Below, piece after piece: positions 37,408 to 48,889 of a stretch of DNA of 64,000 bases. Under the pieces are notes generated by a model, which saw only the letters and a program-made list of their open reading frames with translations, was not told the origin of the DNA and did not search any database. The first letter of the stretch is position 1. Every line of letters begins with the position of its first letter. Made by a program: the position numbers and the translations under genes. Location: assembly GCA_002104905.1 (NCBI GenBank), contig MCFE01000111.1:62001-126000 (forward strand). Reading direction: 5' to 3'. The stretch comes from Basidiobolus meristosporus CBS 931.73 (Eukaryota > Fungi > Basidiobolomycota).

Positions 37408-39495
37408 TCATGAGAATAGAGGCTCTACTGCCCCAAGGAAGCTCTTTTCAAACGCGCTTTCTGAGAATTTGGAAGCAACTGATTTCCTGGCATTTTCTTG
37501 GATACAGACACGTTCCGAGGGGGGCATTTGCAGAATACCATGGATAGCCTCGGCAAATTCTTCCTTTGTTGTTGCTAGGAACCCTGTATTTCGACCAAAG
37601 CCTTAGCCACCAGTCGCTGGCCAACAAACAAGCAAGCTCGAGTTACCTGTGGGCTCGTTTCCGTGGCTTACAACAATATCCATCTTCGGGCCGCCCGAGT
37701 TATTGGCCACCGGAATCATTCCAGCTGCCTATTCCATAGCTCTAGTTTAATATCCATGACGCTTGTAGTAGACCAGGCCATACGTACCATGTATTCAACT
37801 ATACTGATTCCAAAGTGTTCATTGTTCATCGTGTGCAGGCCGATAAGCGCTTTTGACGAGTATTCAACTAGTGTTTCGTAAGAAGCGTTGACTACAAATT
37901 CAACTTGTTCCTAACCACGTCCCAAATCATTCAATAAGGGTGCGGCAGTATCATGGTGTATGGGTGCTCTTACTTGGAGGTCCAATTCAATAGCTTTGTT
38001 CCTCAGCTTCTGGATTCTCCCCTCATCATCTTCATTGCGACTGCTGCCGATTAAAACGAGTCGAACCCCATCTTTGCCATTTGCATAATTCGGATAACGA
38101 TCAAGCAACTCCTTCATCATTTCCAGCTGTAAGGTGTGGTTTTTCTCCGGCCTTGAGATGGCAAAAAAGTATTACAATGTGTCGTTGTGACGCCCAGGCC
38201 TCCAAAACGGTACCTGAATTGTGCGATAGATATGATCAGCCTCTCTCGAGTGCCGATAGGCAGTGTTTCGAGTCGAGAGGTATCGCACGGGGGATAAACC
38301 GTTCTTGTGTTTTGCACATTGCGCCATAGCTCCAGTATATGATTTTTGGTCCATGTCGAATTAACCTGGGAATGTGAAGACGTTACTCATCGGCGATATA
38401 CTTCTTGGGACTCGGTTGACGCCTACCATAACCACTTGGCAAAACGAACCCACAAAACCGTACAGATAAGCAAAGATATGATAGTAGCTGTCAGTTACCA
38501 GAGCGGCGTTAGATGGTGGTGATGTTGGGAGTTACGTTGTCGAAATTACATAAGCTTGCCACGAGTGAGAAGTTTGCTGCTGCCGATTCCAGTGTGGTTG
38601 TTGAAGCTGACCGTGTTTTGTTGAACTGCATGGAGCATGTCCGTACTGGTTTGCAAGGAATGATCAATCGAAATACTTTGCAAGGGTCCACATCATCAAT
38701 CTACCTTATAGTCGGGTAATGGACGTAAGCACCAACATTAGACACCCCAAAGAGCTTTACAAGCGGGAATGTAAAAGCATAACCCATAGTATCTACGCAT
38801 TCGTACTCAAATATTTACATGGGCTCAGACATCTACCAGACTGAATTCATTCCACATACCTATAAAGACATCAGGTACTAGCAAAGTAAGAGCTTCCCAT
38901 CCTAGAATTATCGATCCGAGACTTTGACCCAATAGCGTAAACCGCTTATACCTTTGTGTGCGCAGTTAGCATACACCGAGTTCCCCTCTAACTATTATTA
39001 TCTAACCTTTTGTCTTCAACCAAATAGCGCTTGGTCAGGAATTTGAAGCAGAGGGTGCTATGATTGAGCTCAATCCCAAAGTTATCGCGTACTTTATCTA
39101 GAATCCCCTGCTTCGTCATCTCTATATCCCCAGAATATACCACACAGACAGCGTTTGGGTATTTTTCTTGAATGGCTCGGATGGCCACCCACAATACGCG
39201 CTCACCGCCTCCGCCGGCGTTGCTATCAAATACGAATATCGTTCAGAGTTAACACACGGGAAATCAGACAGACGTATGGCCGAGAAGCACGAAAGTACCA
39301 ATAGGGGTGGAACAGGCCAACAATTACAGGTGGTTGATCATCGGTCAAAGGCCTCAGTTCAGAAAGCAGTTGCTTCCGGTTTCGAAGTTTAACTCGAGCA
39401 AGGTGAGTACGAAGAACGAAGAACGTAAACCCTAGCCCAAACAGACAAGTGGCAACCCAAACGATTGCAAATAAAGTTAGGAATGATAGTGCCAT
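37408..39495 (-). CDS. ALG11: GDP-Man:Man3GlcNAc2-PP-Dol alpha-1,2-mannosyltransferase, multi-exon
   Basis: N-terminal TM; GLFHPY / [11 protein letters not shown]; [11 protein letters not shown]; [12 protein letters not shown]; [18 protein letters not shown] / AAG...[10 protein letters not shown]. Confidence 0.95.
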
Positions 39496-39730
39496 ACTTT
39501 CAAGGTAAAGCAAGAAGTGACAGGTGCATGAAAGCCGGTGATGAAAACTATAGAATTTCCTCCTATTGTGTGGAGTGTATTGGTAATGGTGAAGTTGATT
39601 GAATCAAATCTAATTATTCATATATATACACGATAGTGTCTGACGCATCATATAAGCCTCAATTGTATGCCGATAGTCCATCCAGTATTTATCTCAAGAT
39701 TCGACATTGATTATTACCACGTTGGTTTCT

Positions 39731-42700
39731 ATGAATATGTCGAAGCTGGATGTCCTGAACGTTTACTCGCAGCCCATTTCGCTAGAACAAGCTATAATCC
39801 CTAAATTTTTAGAAGAGGAATTCCCCCAGTTGGACGGCCTTTCTTCTATCAAAGACGTGCTAGAGAAACGTATCCAGCAACAGCGCGAACTTGACCAGAA
39901 AGTAATCCATTGCCTTCTCCACCACCGCATTTTCAGGCGCTAATCGTCATCAATCTCTACCTCCTACAGCTTGAGCAGGCCAAGAAGGCCAGTTCCTTAA
40001 GTTTACTCAACTTCAAGGCCACCGGCGAGAACATTTCTTCTCAAATACGCACGTTGCTCGCACAGAAAGTGGATTTGAGTAAAAATCTAGAGGAGCATTT
40101 AAATTCTGATCAGTCAATCATCTTGGAGGTTCAAAGCTTATTGAAACAATTGAATTCTCTCCACGTTAGCCAAGAATATTTTGAAGTTTTGCTTCAAATT
40201 AACGACCTAATGTATGTACCATATAATGAATCCTCTTCACATACATTTTCTTGACGAAATTCCGATGCAACTAGCGCTGCAGCCAAGAGTGAAGTAGAAA
40301 AATCACCCAAACATGCTTTAGTGCCGTATAATCAACTGGTCGAGATGTCTACGCAATTGACAAACTCCAAGAAGCTATCAAATAGGCTTACTAGTTATCT
40401 GAATGGGACTATTGATAGTTTGTGGAAAGACCTACGAGATAGGCTTAGCACGTAAGACACTATTCAAGCAATGGTTTGCCTCGAACTTTGCTAAACAAAA
40501 AACGATGAAGAAAATTCACTGCTAGCTTGGAAGCTTTAAATTGGCCCACCCCGATCCGGAGTCCGTATTCAAGCAGCCTTGAAAGCAAGCTCCAAACATT
40601 CAAGAAGACATTCCTAGATCTGCTTCTACTTCAACAACCGTATCCTTATGTCTAAGTCTGGAACGTATCATTTCGCTCGGAGAGGACATATTAATACCTT
40701 GACAAGCGCCTTTTGTAGATGCAGCGACAACAACGGAGAAGAAAAACAACTATTTACTGAAACCCTGATCCCCATGGAGATCTTGGTGAATCCGCTAGTA
40801 ACGAGGTTCAAGTATCATTTCGACGGGAAAAAGCCAACAAGCAGAATTGACAAGGTTTGTTGTGATTCCTTGGATCGCATTTTGCTTTTCGCTTACTTAT
40901 GCCTCCCAGCCTGAATGGTTCTTTTCGCATGTACTTTCGATAGTTCGGGATTACTCGGACTTCCTGATCAACGAAGTCCAGCCATTGCTGTCCAGCGCTA
41001 AACTGGGCATGTACGATGCCAAGGTAAGGTAGTTGGGGTGTGCGGGGATCCATTCAATGCTAACCTGACCACACCTTCATCATTCTCCTCATTCCACAGA
41101 ACGAATTCATTCGGGGCTTGTTGACTGCGGTAGAATCCAAGTTAAGGCGCGACACCAAAAAGCTGCTGAAAAACCCGCAATACCTGGCTCACACAGTAAG
41201 GGAAACATTGGAGTTTGATCAAGCTCTTAGAGAGCTTCATTTCTATTGTGAAAGAGATGGAAGCGACTGGAAAGGTTGTGTTGGTGTTTTCACTGAGAAC
41301 AAGAACACATTCGATGCCTGGATCAATGCTGAAAAAGCGTGTAAGTGAACGACTGCCTTGTGCCCCAACAGGATGCTTATTGATATCTATTTGATGTCGC
41401 AGTTGCCGAAGCAAGGTTCGAGGAGATCATGGATGAGGAGGATGTCTGGGAGCCACTCTATGATGACGACTTCACGGTTGAAGAAATAAGACCCACCAAA
41501 TCTGCGGATAAGCTTATCAACTTGTTGGAAATCATCACTGGTCAGTTGAACTGCTTACGATGTGTTGCCTCCACTGCTGCTGACTTGGGTTCCAGAGAGA
41601 TACAAGCCTCTCATGAATTTAGCGCATCGGCTGCGATTTTTGGTGGAGATCCAGTTACATTTGCTGGCTTTGTACCACTCCGAGATCTCGTACGCCATGG
41701 ACAATTTCGAAAAGCAAAGCTTTGCCTTTATACGGGCGGATGGCCATGACGAGATCGAGGGTCTCAAAGGAGTTCGGAAACTGTGCTACTGGCTGGATTC
41801 GGCTGGGTTTGTTAGTGAGATGGTCAAGGATTGGGGTGAGCAAGAGGTAGGAGCCAACATCCCATTGAGCTTTTCAGACTCGCCACTGACACTTTGTTGG
41901 AGTTCTTTTTGGAATTGTGGGAGGGAGTGAATGAGCACACGGAAGGCTTGAGCACCAGCTCCAATGAAGAGGGCGACGAAGATGGAACGATTTTCGAAGA
42001 GATCGGCGATACTTATAACTCACTATGTGAGCGTATTCAAAAGGTTATAGTACGGACCATCAGCAAAGAGTTTACTACGGCACTCCGTCCATACCGAAAG
42101 AAGTAATTGTCACGACTTTGGTTGATTCTCCTTGGATGTACTGACAAACGGCGGTGTGAATTATAGGCGTACCTGGGCAGTCCTGGATCCTGCATTGATG
42201 TATTCCAATTCCGAGAGCGTTGGAATTGATGTGACCGAGATTCTGGAGATCTCGCCTGAGCTATGTTCACCTCTATCTCACTTGTCAATGGAAATCAACT
42301 ACCTGGGCCAGCATTTGCCGAGATCCCTCTTTGTCAGCCTTTTCAAGGAAGTGGCTGCCGAGGTGGACGACTTCTTCTGGAACAGGATTCTCATGGCATA
42401 CCAATTCAGCGACTACGGCTGCAAGCAATTCGCTCTTGATATGAGAGTCGGAGTTTGGGGATCAGTTCAAAGATGGCTTCGTAAGCCTGAAAACTACTTC
42501 AAAAGGTATATTTGAGAAACCTCTATGTTTGGTCAAACATTTAATAACACCACCACCATCCAGGGTCAAAGATGCATGCACCCTCTTCACACTTGACCAT
42601 GCCGTACTTGCTCGGCTATCTGTAGAATTGTATGATTATTCGGTTCCCAGTGAGGAACTGACTCAGTTCTTGGAGAAGTTGAACATATTTAACCTGAGCA

Positions 42701-42753
42701 TCTTGGAAGCTCGAGAATTGCTCTCTAGAAAGATCGATCCCTATGAAATGTAA
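39731..42753 (+). CDS. TIP20: Dsl1/NRZ tethering subunit TIP20/RINT1-like, multi-exon
   Basis: RFKYHFDGKKPTSRIDK / PEWFFSHVL, LAHTVRETLEFDQALRE, RYKPL...HRLRFLVEIQL and SPELCSPL motifs across short-intron exons. Start codon uncertain (39731 or 39737). Confidence 0.85.
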
Positions 42754-42902
42754 CTGTAATTAAACAATCCACCTGAAACGAACATTTATCCAGTAATCTT
42801 CTGCCATAAGCCGATATCAACATTCTGACCACAGGCTGGCATCGCGGTGACTTATTTATTTATATGCGAATAAAGGTAGTTGGACCATAGTAAATAAAGG
42901 TT

Positions 42903-44744
42903 TTAGGAGAATCCAAACAATCTCTTTTTGGTGTCTAAGATAGTTTTACCTATTCCAAGAATACCTCCTAATCCTTTTTTAGCTCCATTATAGATTGATC
43001 CGAAGAACCCTCCTCCTCCTCCTCCTCCTCCTCCATTACCATCACCACCACTACCGCCTTGACCACCGCCTTGACCGCCGCCACCGCCTTGACCACCACC
43101 ACCACCCTGACCTCCATTTATAATATAGTAGCCTTGGCCTCCCTGACCACCTTGTCCTTGCCAGCCTCCTTGTTGCCACCCGTATCCACCTTGCCCTCCT
43201 TGCCAAACTTGACCTCCTTGGCCTCCTTGACCTCCTTGACCTCCTTGACCTCCTTGGCCTCCTTGACCTCCTTGACTTCCTTGGCCTCCTTGTTGCCAGC
43301 CGTATCCACCCTGTCCACCTTGGCCTCCCTGTTGCCAGCCGTATCCACCCTGTCCACCTTGGCCTCCCTGTTGCCAGCCGTATCCACCCTGCCCACCTTG
43401 GCCTCCCTGTTGCCAGCCGTATCCACCCTGCCCACCTTGACCTCCCTGTTGCCAGCCGTATCTACCCTGCCCACCTTGACCTCCCTGTTGCCAACCATAT
43501 CCACCCTGCCCACCGTTCCCTTTATATCCAGAAGGAACGTAATATTTGACCTTTCTCTTGGGCTGAGGAGGATATTTGGGTTTGGTCTTGTCCCCTGTCG
43601 GGTATGTGGGCTGGCGCTTTTTGACAGCCTCCTTGAGTTTGTAGGATTTCTTGATCTTCCCCTTGTAGGAGTCGTCCTGATCTTCGCGTTGGCGTATGGT
43701 CTTGGCCTTCCCCTTGTAGGAGTCGTTGTGATCTTTGCGCCGGCGTATGGTCTTGACCTTTCTTACTTTCTTGACACGCTTCTTTTTATTCGAACCGGAA
43801 CTGCGCTTCTCTCCATAACCTTGGTCAGTGCTAGAGGTGCTGGTACCTGAGCCGTATTTAGAGGTGGAACTGCTGTCCGAACCGTATTTAGAGGTGGAGC
43901 TGCTGTCCGAACCGTATTTAGAGGTGGAACTGCTGTCCGAGCCATATTTAGAGGTGGTGCTACTCCCTGAACCATAATTGCTCTTGGGACTCTCTTCTTT
44001 TGACTTCGCTAAGTAATCCGATAGATAATCGAAGATCCTGGACTCGCCTTTAGAGGAATCGTCAACTTTCTTGGGCTTGTAGGAAATATTAATCTTGGGC
44101 TTCGGACTTGGCTTCGGGCTTGGTTTCGGGCTTGGTTTCGGTTTCGGCTTGGTTCCCGAACCATAGGAAGAGCCTGAGTGTGAGTGAGAGCTAGAGCCAG
44201 AACCATAGGAGGAGCCGGACTGAGAACTGGAGCCAGAGGAGGAGCCAGATGAGGAACCGGAACCAGAGGAGGAGCCGGACTCGGAACTGGAGCCAGATGA
44301 GCCGGACTCCGAGCTAGACCCAGAGGAGGAACTGGATTCTGAGTAACTACCCCCAGTGGATGAAGTTTCGTAAGACCACTCTCCGGGATTCTGGATGATG
44401 CTGTAGGAACCGCTTGATCCAGAGCTTGATTCCGAGGAACCTGAGCCATAGCCAGATTCGGAATAGCTTCCACTTGTGGTTGAGGTTTCATACGAGTATT
44501 CTCCAGGACCAGCAACGGTTTCGTAGACATCAGGTGACTTGCCAGTTATGACATACTCTTCTGTGCCATCAGGATGCTTGATGGTTTCCGTGGTATAAAC
44601 CATATTGTCTGGGGAGGTCTTTGTGCCGGCAGAATCATCCTTCGCGACGCCACTGCCATACCCACCCTCAGCATTGCTTTTATCCTCTAGTCCATAAGTG
44701 CCCAGTAGCACGGCAGATAGCACAAACAGTTGCTGAAGAAGCAT
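42903..44744 (-). CDS. Secreted low-complexity modular repeat protein (~613 aa; Ser/Gly-, Lys/Tyr- and Gly/Gln/Trp-rich blocks)
   Basis: Single long ORF; first ATG at 44744 (the track start at 44756 is TTG); signal-peptide-like MLLQQLFVLSAVLLGTYG; all repeat units are multiples of 3 nt. Confidence 0.85.
   Translation of the reverse strand: MLLQQLFVLSAVLLGTYGLEDKSNAEGGYGSGVAKDDSAGTKTSPDNMVYTTETIKHPDGTEEYVITGKSPDVYETVAGPGEYSYETSTTSGSYSESGYGSGSSESSSGSSGSYSIIQNPGEWSYETSSTGGSYSESSSSSGSSSESGSSGSSSESGSSSGSGSSSGSSSGSSSQSGSSYGSGSSSHSHSGSSYGSGTKPKPKPSPKPSPKPSPKPKINISYKPKKVDDSSKGESRIFDYLSDYLAKSKEESPKSNYGSGSSTTSKYGSDSSSTSKYGSDSSSTSKYGSDSSSTSKYGSGTSTSSTDQGYGEKRSSGSNKKKRVKKVRKVKTIRRRKDHNDSYKGKAKTIRQREDQDDSYKGKIKKSYKLKEAVKKRQPTYPTGDKTKPKYPPQPKRKVKYYVPSGYKGNGGQGGYGWQQGGQGGQGRYGWQQGGQGGQGGYGWQQGGQGGQGGYGWQQGGQGGQGGYGWQQGGQGGQGGYGWQQGGQGSQGGQGGQGGQGGQGGQGGQGGQVWQGGQGGYGWQQGGWQGQGGQGGQGYYIINGGQGGGGGQGGGGGQGGGQGGSGGDGNGGGGGGGGGFFGSIYNGAKKGLGGILGIGKTILDTKKRLFGFS
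43209..43513 (-). repeat. Coding tandem repeats: 39-bp unit (GGQGGQGGYGWQQ) x ~6 and 9-bp GGQ array
   Basis: Directly visible in DNA and translation. Confidence 0.95.
43847..43976 (-). repeat. Coding 30-bp tandem repeat (SKYGSDSSST) x ~4
   Basis: Repeated GAGGTGGA(A/G)CTGCTGTCCGAACCGTATTTA. Confidence 0.93.
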
Positions 44745-45358
44745 GGCAGTATCCAAAGTAGGGCGCGGGTTCTAGACTTCCACAGTAGCCCCACCAGGTG
44801 ACACAACCGTCTTTTATGTAAAAATGGACAGTTTCAGGAAGATGCTGGGATAAGCATCCATGCTGAAACCTTAGTAACAGCTGCAACTCGCAGTGCCAAC
44901 AATATATGACGGGTCTGATGCAGATCTTCCTCGGCGACTTCAAACGGCGATCGGTTTCATCTTGGAACCGCACCTCTATTGGCGGCAGAGAAGCCAGGCT
45001 AGAAACGGGGATGGAACTCACTAGGTGGAGAGAAACGTTTAACCGCAGCCAGAGGATTGGTCACTGGATAGGAAATCCAAATAGCTGCTCTAGGCTAATC
45101 AGATCCAAATCTAGGCGAGGGAGGGGAGCGAGAACCACAACAAATGGTTCTCGTAGCTTAATTTTGCTCCAATTTTCCAGCAAACCTTGGTTGAAGGGTT
45201 TCTACAGGGAATTCCTGCGATCCAATTCATTTCCTTCCACTATATATGGATGGTGTATACTCCGTGCAGGTCGTGGTTCTTTTTTTTGCATCGAGTGGAG
45301 TCATCGCTTCCACAGTAACCTCCTTTCCTTTTCTGCGCTCCCTTTCTTTCTTAATACC

Positions 45359-46559
45359 ATGTCCGAGAATTCCGTCCACAACCTGCCACACGCATTCACC
45401 TCGCAGTTCCCCTCGACACCCCTACCGTACCCTTTACAGAGCAACACCACACCAGCACCCAACCACACATACCCCCCGTTATCTACTCCGAATCACAGCA
45501 ATGTCCAGCCTCCGGTTTCCCTCCCTTCGCTGAAGCCAGAGAAGTATAGATTGAGGTTGTCGGACTTTGTGATTTTGCGGACAATAGGAACCGGCTCTTT
45601 TGGACGTGTCCATCTTGTACAACTAAAGGCCAACGGCCGCTTCTACGCCATGAAGGTGTTGAAGAAGACCGAGGTCGTTCGACTGAAGCAAGTGGAGCAT
45701 GTCAATCACGAGCGAGCTGTTCTTGAGTTGTGTCACAACACGTTCCTTGTGAATATCATTGGGAGCTTCCAAGACACCACCAACCTCTATATGGTGATGG
45801 AGTACGTGGCGGGTGGGGAGCTTTTCAGCTACCTTCGAAAGTTTCAGGTATGTACGACCAGCTCAACCCGTTCTATCTGGACTGGTTCTAAACAAACCCC
45901 TTCCCTAGCGATTCCCAGGCTACGTAGCCAAATTCTACGCAGCCGAGGTCACCTTGGCCTTCGAGTATCTTCACACCAAAAGCATCATCTACCGCGATCT
46001 GAAGCCCGAGAACGTGTTGTTAAATAGCCAGGGACACATCAAAATCACCGATTTCGGCTTCGCCAAGTACGTCCCCGACATTACCTGGACACTGTGTGGC
46101 ACGCCAGATTATCTTGCGCCGGAGATCATCCAATCCAAAGGATATGGTAGCGCGGTTGACTGGTATTCGCTAGGAATCCTGATATTTGAGATGCTTGCTG
46201 GCTATCCACCGTTCTACGATGATGATCACTTCAAGCTGTACGAGAAAATCATCGCCGGAAAGATCAGATGGCCACCGCACATCGATGCCGATGCCAGGGA
46301 TTTGATCAAGAAATTAACCACCGCCGACCTTACTAAGCGCTACGGGAATCTCAAAGGGGGCGTCCAGGACATCAAGAACCACAAGTGGTTCGCGGAGATC
46401 GACTGGAACCGGCTGGAGCGACTTGAGGTTCAGCCACCCATCGTCCCAATTGTGACCAGCGACGGGGACACCAGCAACTATGATATGTATCAAGAGACGA
46501 ACGATATTTATGGAATGCCAACCGAAGACCCGTTCCGGGAGAAGTTCCTCGATTTTTAG
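45359..46559 (+). CDS. pkaC: cAMP-dependent protein kinase catalytic subunit (exons 45359-45847 and 45909-46559)
   Basis: [30 protein letters not shown] and [14 protein letters not shown]; splicing gives [19 protein letters not shown]; ends FLDF. Confidence 0.96.
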
Positions 46560-46934
46560 GTTCGCAAAATCCACATGATTTGTAAAAATACGCTATAGAT
46601 GTATAATACTTAGTATACACGATTAATAAAGCACATGGACGCATACAACGCCACTCCGAATGTTAACCAGGGTGCACAACATGACTAAAGTGATGTCTCA
46701 CGCCTGGCCGTTTACCCGAGACCTGGGTGATTGTGGGGATTGATTGGTGAGATGATATCAATATCAATCTTTTCTGTGCATGCACATCTACATCAGCGAT
46801 ATTTTTAGCAAAGATGAATATGTGCTACATCACCAGCTCCCTGCCTATTTAAACCTACCCCTATGGTGGCTAGCCTCCACTTGTGCTGAAATTTGAGTTA
46901 CAACTAGCCAGTGTTACCATTTATTTCTTCTATA

Positions 46935-48710
46935 ATGTATCGTTACCAAAGCTCTATCCCTAAACTTCCAGTTCCCAAACTGGAAGACACTTGCCAAAAG
47001 TATCTTAAGAGTGTTAGACCTTTGTTAGATGACCAAGCCTACGCAAATACCGAGCTCGCCGTCAAGGACTTTTTGAAGCCCGGTGGCCAAGGAGAAGAGC
47101 TTCAGAAGCGTCTCTTGGCCAAGGCCAACGACCCCAAGGTCGTTAACTGGCTAGAAGACTGGTGGAATGACCTTGCTTACATGGGCTACAGAGACCCTGT
47201 AGTCCCCTACGTTTCCTACTTTTACACCTTCAAGGACGACCTTGTTAGAAAAACCCCCTCAAAGAGAGCCGCCAGCATCGTGACCGCAGCAATGGAATTC
47301 AGAGAGTTGGTTGTAAGTGAAAAGCTCACCCCAGATGGCAGCAGCAAGGCTCCCTTCTGTATGTCCTCGTACAAGTATATGTTCAACGCTTGCAGATACC
47401 CCAAGAAGCCTTCAGACTATGCTGAAACCTTCGACACCGCCACCAACACCCACATTGGTGTGGTCAGAAAGAACAAGTACTACATTGTTGAGATGTTCCC
47501 CAACGGCCAGCAACTTTCCGCCGCCGAATTGGAGCAACAATTTGAGAGAATCATTGCTGACGCTGGCTCGGACAAAGCACCTGCCCTTGGTGCCGTGACC
47601 TGCGACAGCCGTGATGTCTGGGCCGATGTTCGTCCAATCATCCTTCAATCCGCCCCTGAGAACGAGGCACTTCTTAAGAAGCTTGAAAGCTCTATTTTGT
47701 TGGTTTGTTTGGACGACTCCGCGCCACAAAACCGTGACGAGCTTTCCTGGGGCTGCTGGGCTGGTGACGGCCGCAACAGATACTTTGACAAATCCCTCCA
47801 ATTCATCGTTTTCGAGAACGGTAGAGCCGGTTTCTTGGGAGAGCACTCCTGCATGGACGGCACGCCCACCGCTCGCCTGTGCGACTATATTTTGAGCAAT
47901 TTGGCCAAGGGCAAGGTCAACCTTGGCTCCAACGCGGTCAGATCCAACGTTCCCAATCCCGAGAAGTTGAACCTTCGCTTCAGCGAGCAAGCTCTGAAGG
48001 CAATCGCTGTGTCCGAGAAGAACTTCGACGTGTTGATGAGCAAGCACGACCTGAACGCACTGGCCTACTACGGCTTCGGTAAGAACTTGATCAAGAAGTT
48101 CCGCACCAGCCCAGATGCTTTCGTCCAAATGATCATTCAGCTCGGATACTACAAGATGCACGGTATCTGCCATCCAACATACGAGGCTGCCACCACCCGT
48201 AAGTTTGCCCACGGTAGAACTGAAACCGGCCGTTCCGTCTCGAGCGAATCGGTCGCATTCGTCAAAGCCATGGAGGATCCCACTGTCTCCAAGGAGCAGA
48301 AGATCGCCCTAGGCAGAGCCGCCTTCAACGCTCATGTCAAGTACATGGTCAACGCAGGTAATGCTCAAGGAGTTGACAGACACTTGTTAGGCCTACGTCT
48401 CCTACTCCGCCCCAATGAGCCCAAGCCAGCCATCTTCCAAGATAAGGCATACTCCTACTCTAGCCATTGGAATCTCTCCACATCGCAACTCGCCAGCGAG
48501 TTCTTCGACAGCTGGGGTTACGGAGAGGTCGTCCCTGATGGCTTCGGTATCGCCTATATCATCAAGAACAACGCATTGCACTTCACAGTGACAAGCATGA
48601 ACCTTGGAGCCAAGACCTTGACCTACTGCTTGGCTGAAGCGGCCGAGGAGATGAAGAAGCTGTTCGAATCGGAAGTTCCCACTGAGAAGAATGCCAAGGC
48701 CAAATTATAA
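46935..48710 (+). CDS. CAT2: Carnitine O-acetyltransferase, intronless, with peroxisomal PTS1
   Basis: LPVPKLEDT, NWLEDWW, NRYFDKSLQF, catalytic GEHSCMDG, YEAATTRKFAHGRTE, GVDRHL and LSTSQ; C-terminal AKL; first ATG at 46935. Confidence 0.95.
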   Translation: MYRYQSSIPKLPVPKLEDTCQKYLKSVRPLLDDQAYANTELAVKDFLKPGGQGEELQKRLLAKANDPKVVNWLEDWWNDLAYMGYRDPVVPYVSYFYTFKDDLVRKTPSKRAASIVTAAMEFRELVVSEKLTPDGSSKAPFCMSSYKYMFNACRYPKKPSDYAETFDTATNTHIGVVRKNKYYIVEMFPNGQQLSAAELEQQFERIIADAGSDKAPALGAVTCDSRDVWADVRPIILQSAPENEALLKKLESSILLVCLDDSAPQNRDELSWGCWAGDGRNRYFDKSLQFIVFENGRAGFLGEHSCMDGTPTARLCDYILSNLAKGKVNLGSNAVRSNVPNPEKLNLRFSEQALKAIAVSEKNFDVLMSKHDLNALAYYGFGKNLIKKFRTSPDAFVQMIIQLGYYKMHGICHPTYEAATTRKFAHGRTETGRSVSSESVAFVKAMEDPTVSKEQKIALGRAAFNAHVKYMVNAGNAQGVDRHLLGLRLLLRPNEPKPAIFQDKAYSYSSHWNLSTSQLASEFFDSWGYGEVVPDGFGIAYIIKNNALHFTVTSMNLGAKTLTYCLAEAAEEMKKLFESEVPTEKNAKAKL

Positions 48711-48889
48711 GCCCAATCCATTGTAATATTCAAAACCATTGTTTAATACTACTAGCACTCATTAAATCGCATTCCTAATCATAACCATATGTACGTTAAT
48801 TAGTTGGGCATTGCAGAAAGATTAGGGTTTATTTACAGTGTGGTGAATGATGCATTATGAATATTGGATTAGTCTAAGTGAATGTTTCT

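Noticed and set aside
43209-43976. Regularly spaced repeats resembling a CRISPR array
   Set aside because: No unique spacers; these are coding tandem repeats in a eukaryotic gene.
43059-44530. Overlapping antisense and alternative-frame ORFs (263, 131 and 173 aa) over the repeat protein
   Set aside because: Stop-free shadows caused by in-frame low-complexity repeats.
44906-45358. 150-aa N-terminal extension of the PKA ORF in the track
   Set aside because: It reads through promoter- and UTR-like pyrimidine-rich sequence; the ATG at 45359 gives a normal-sized catalytic subunit.
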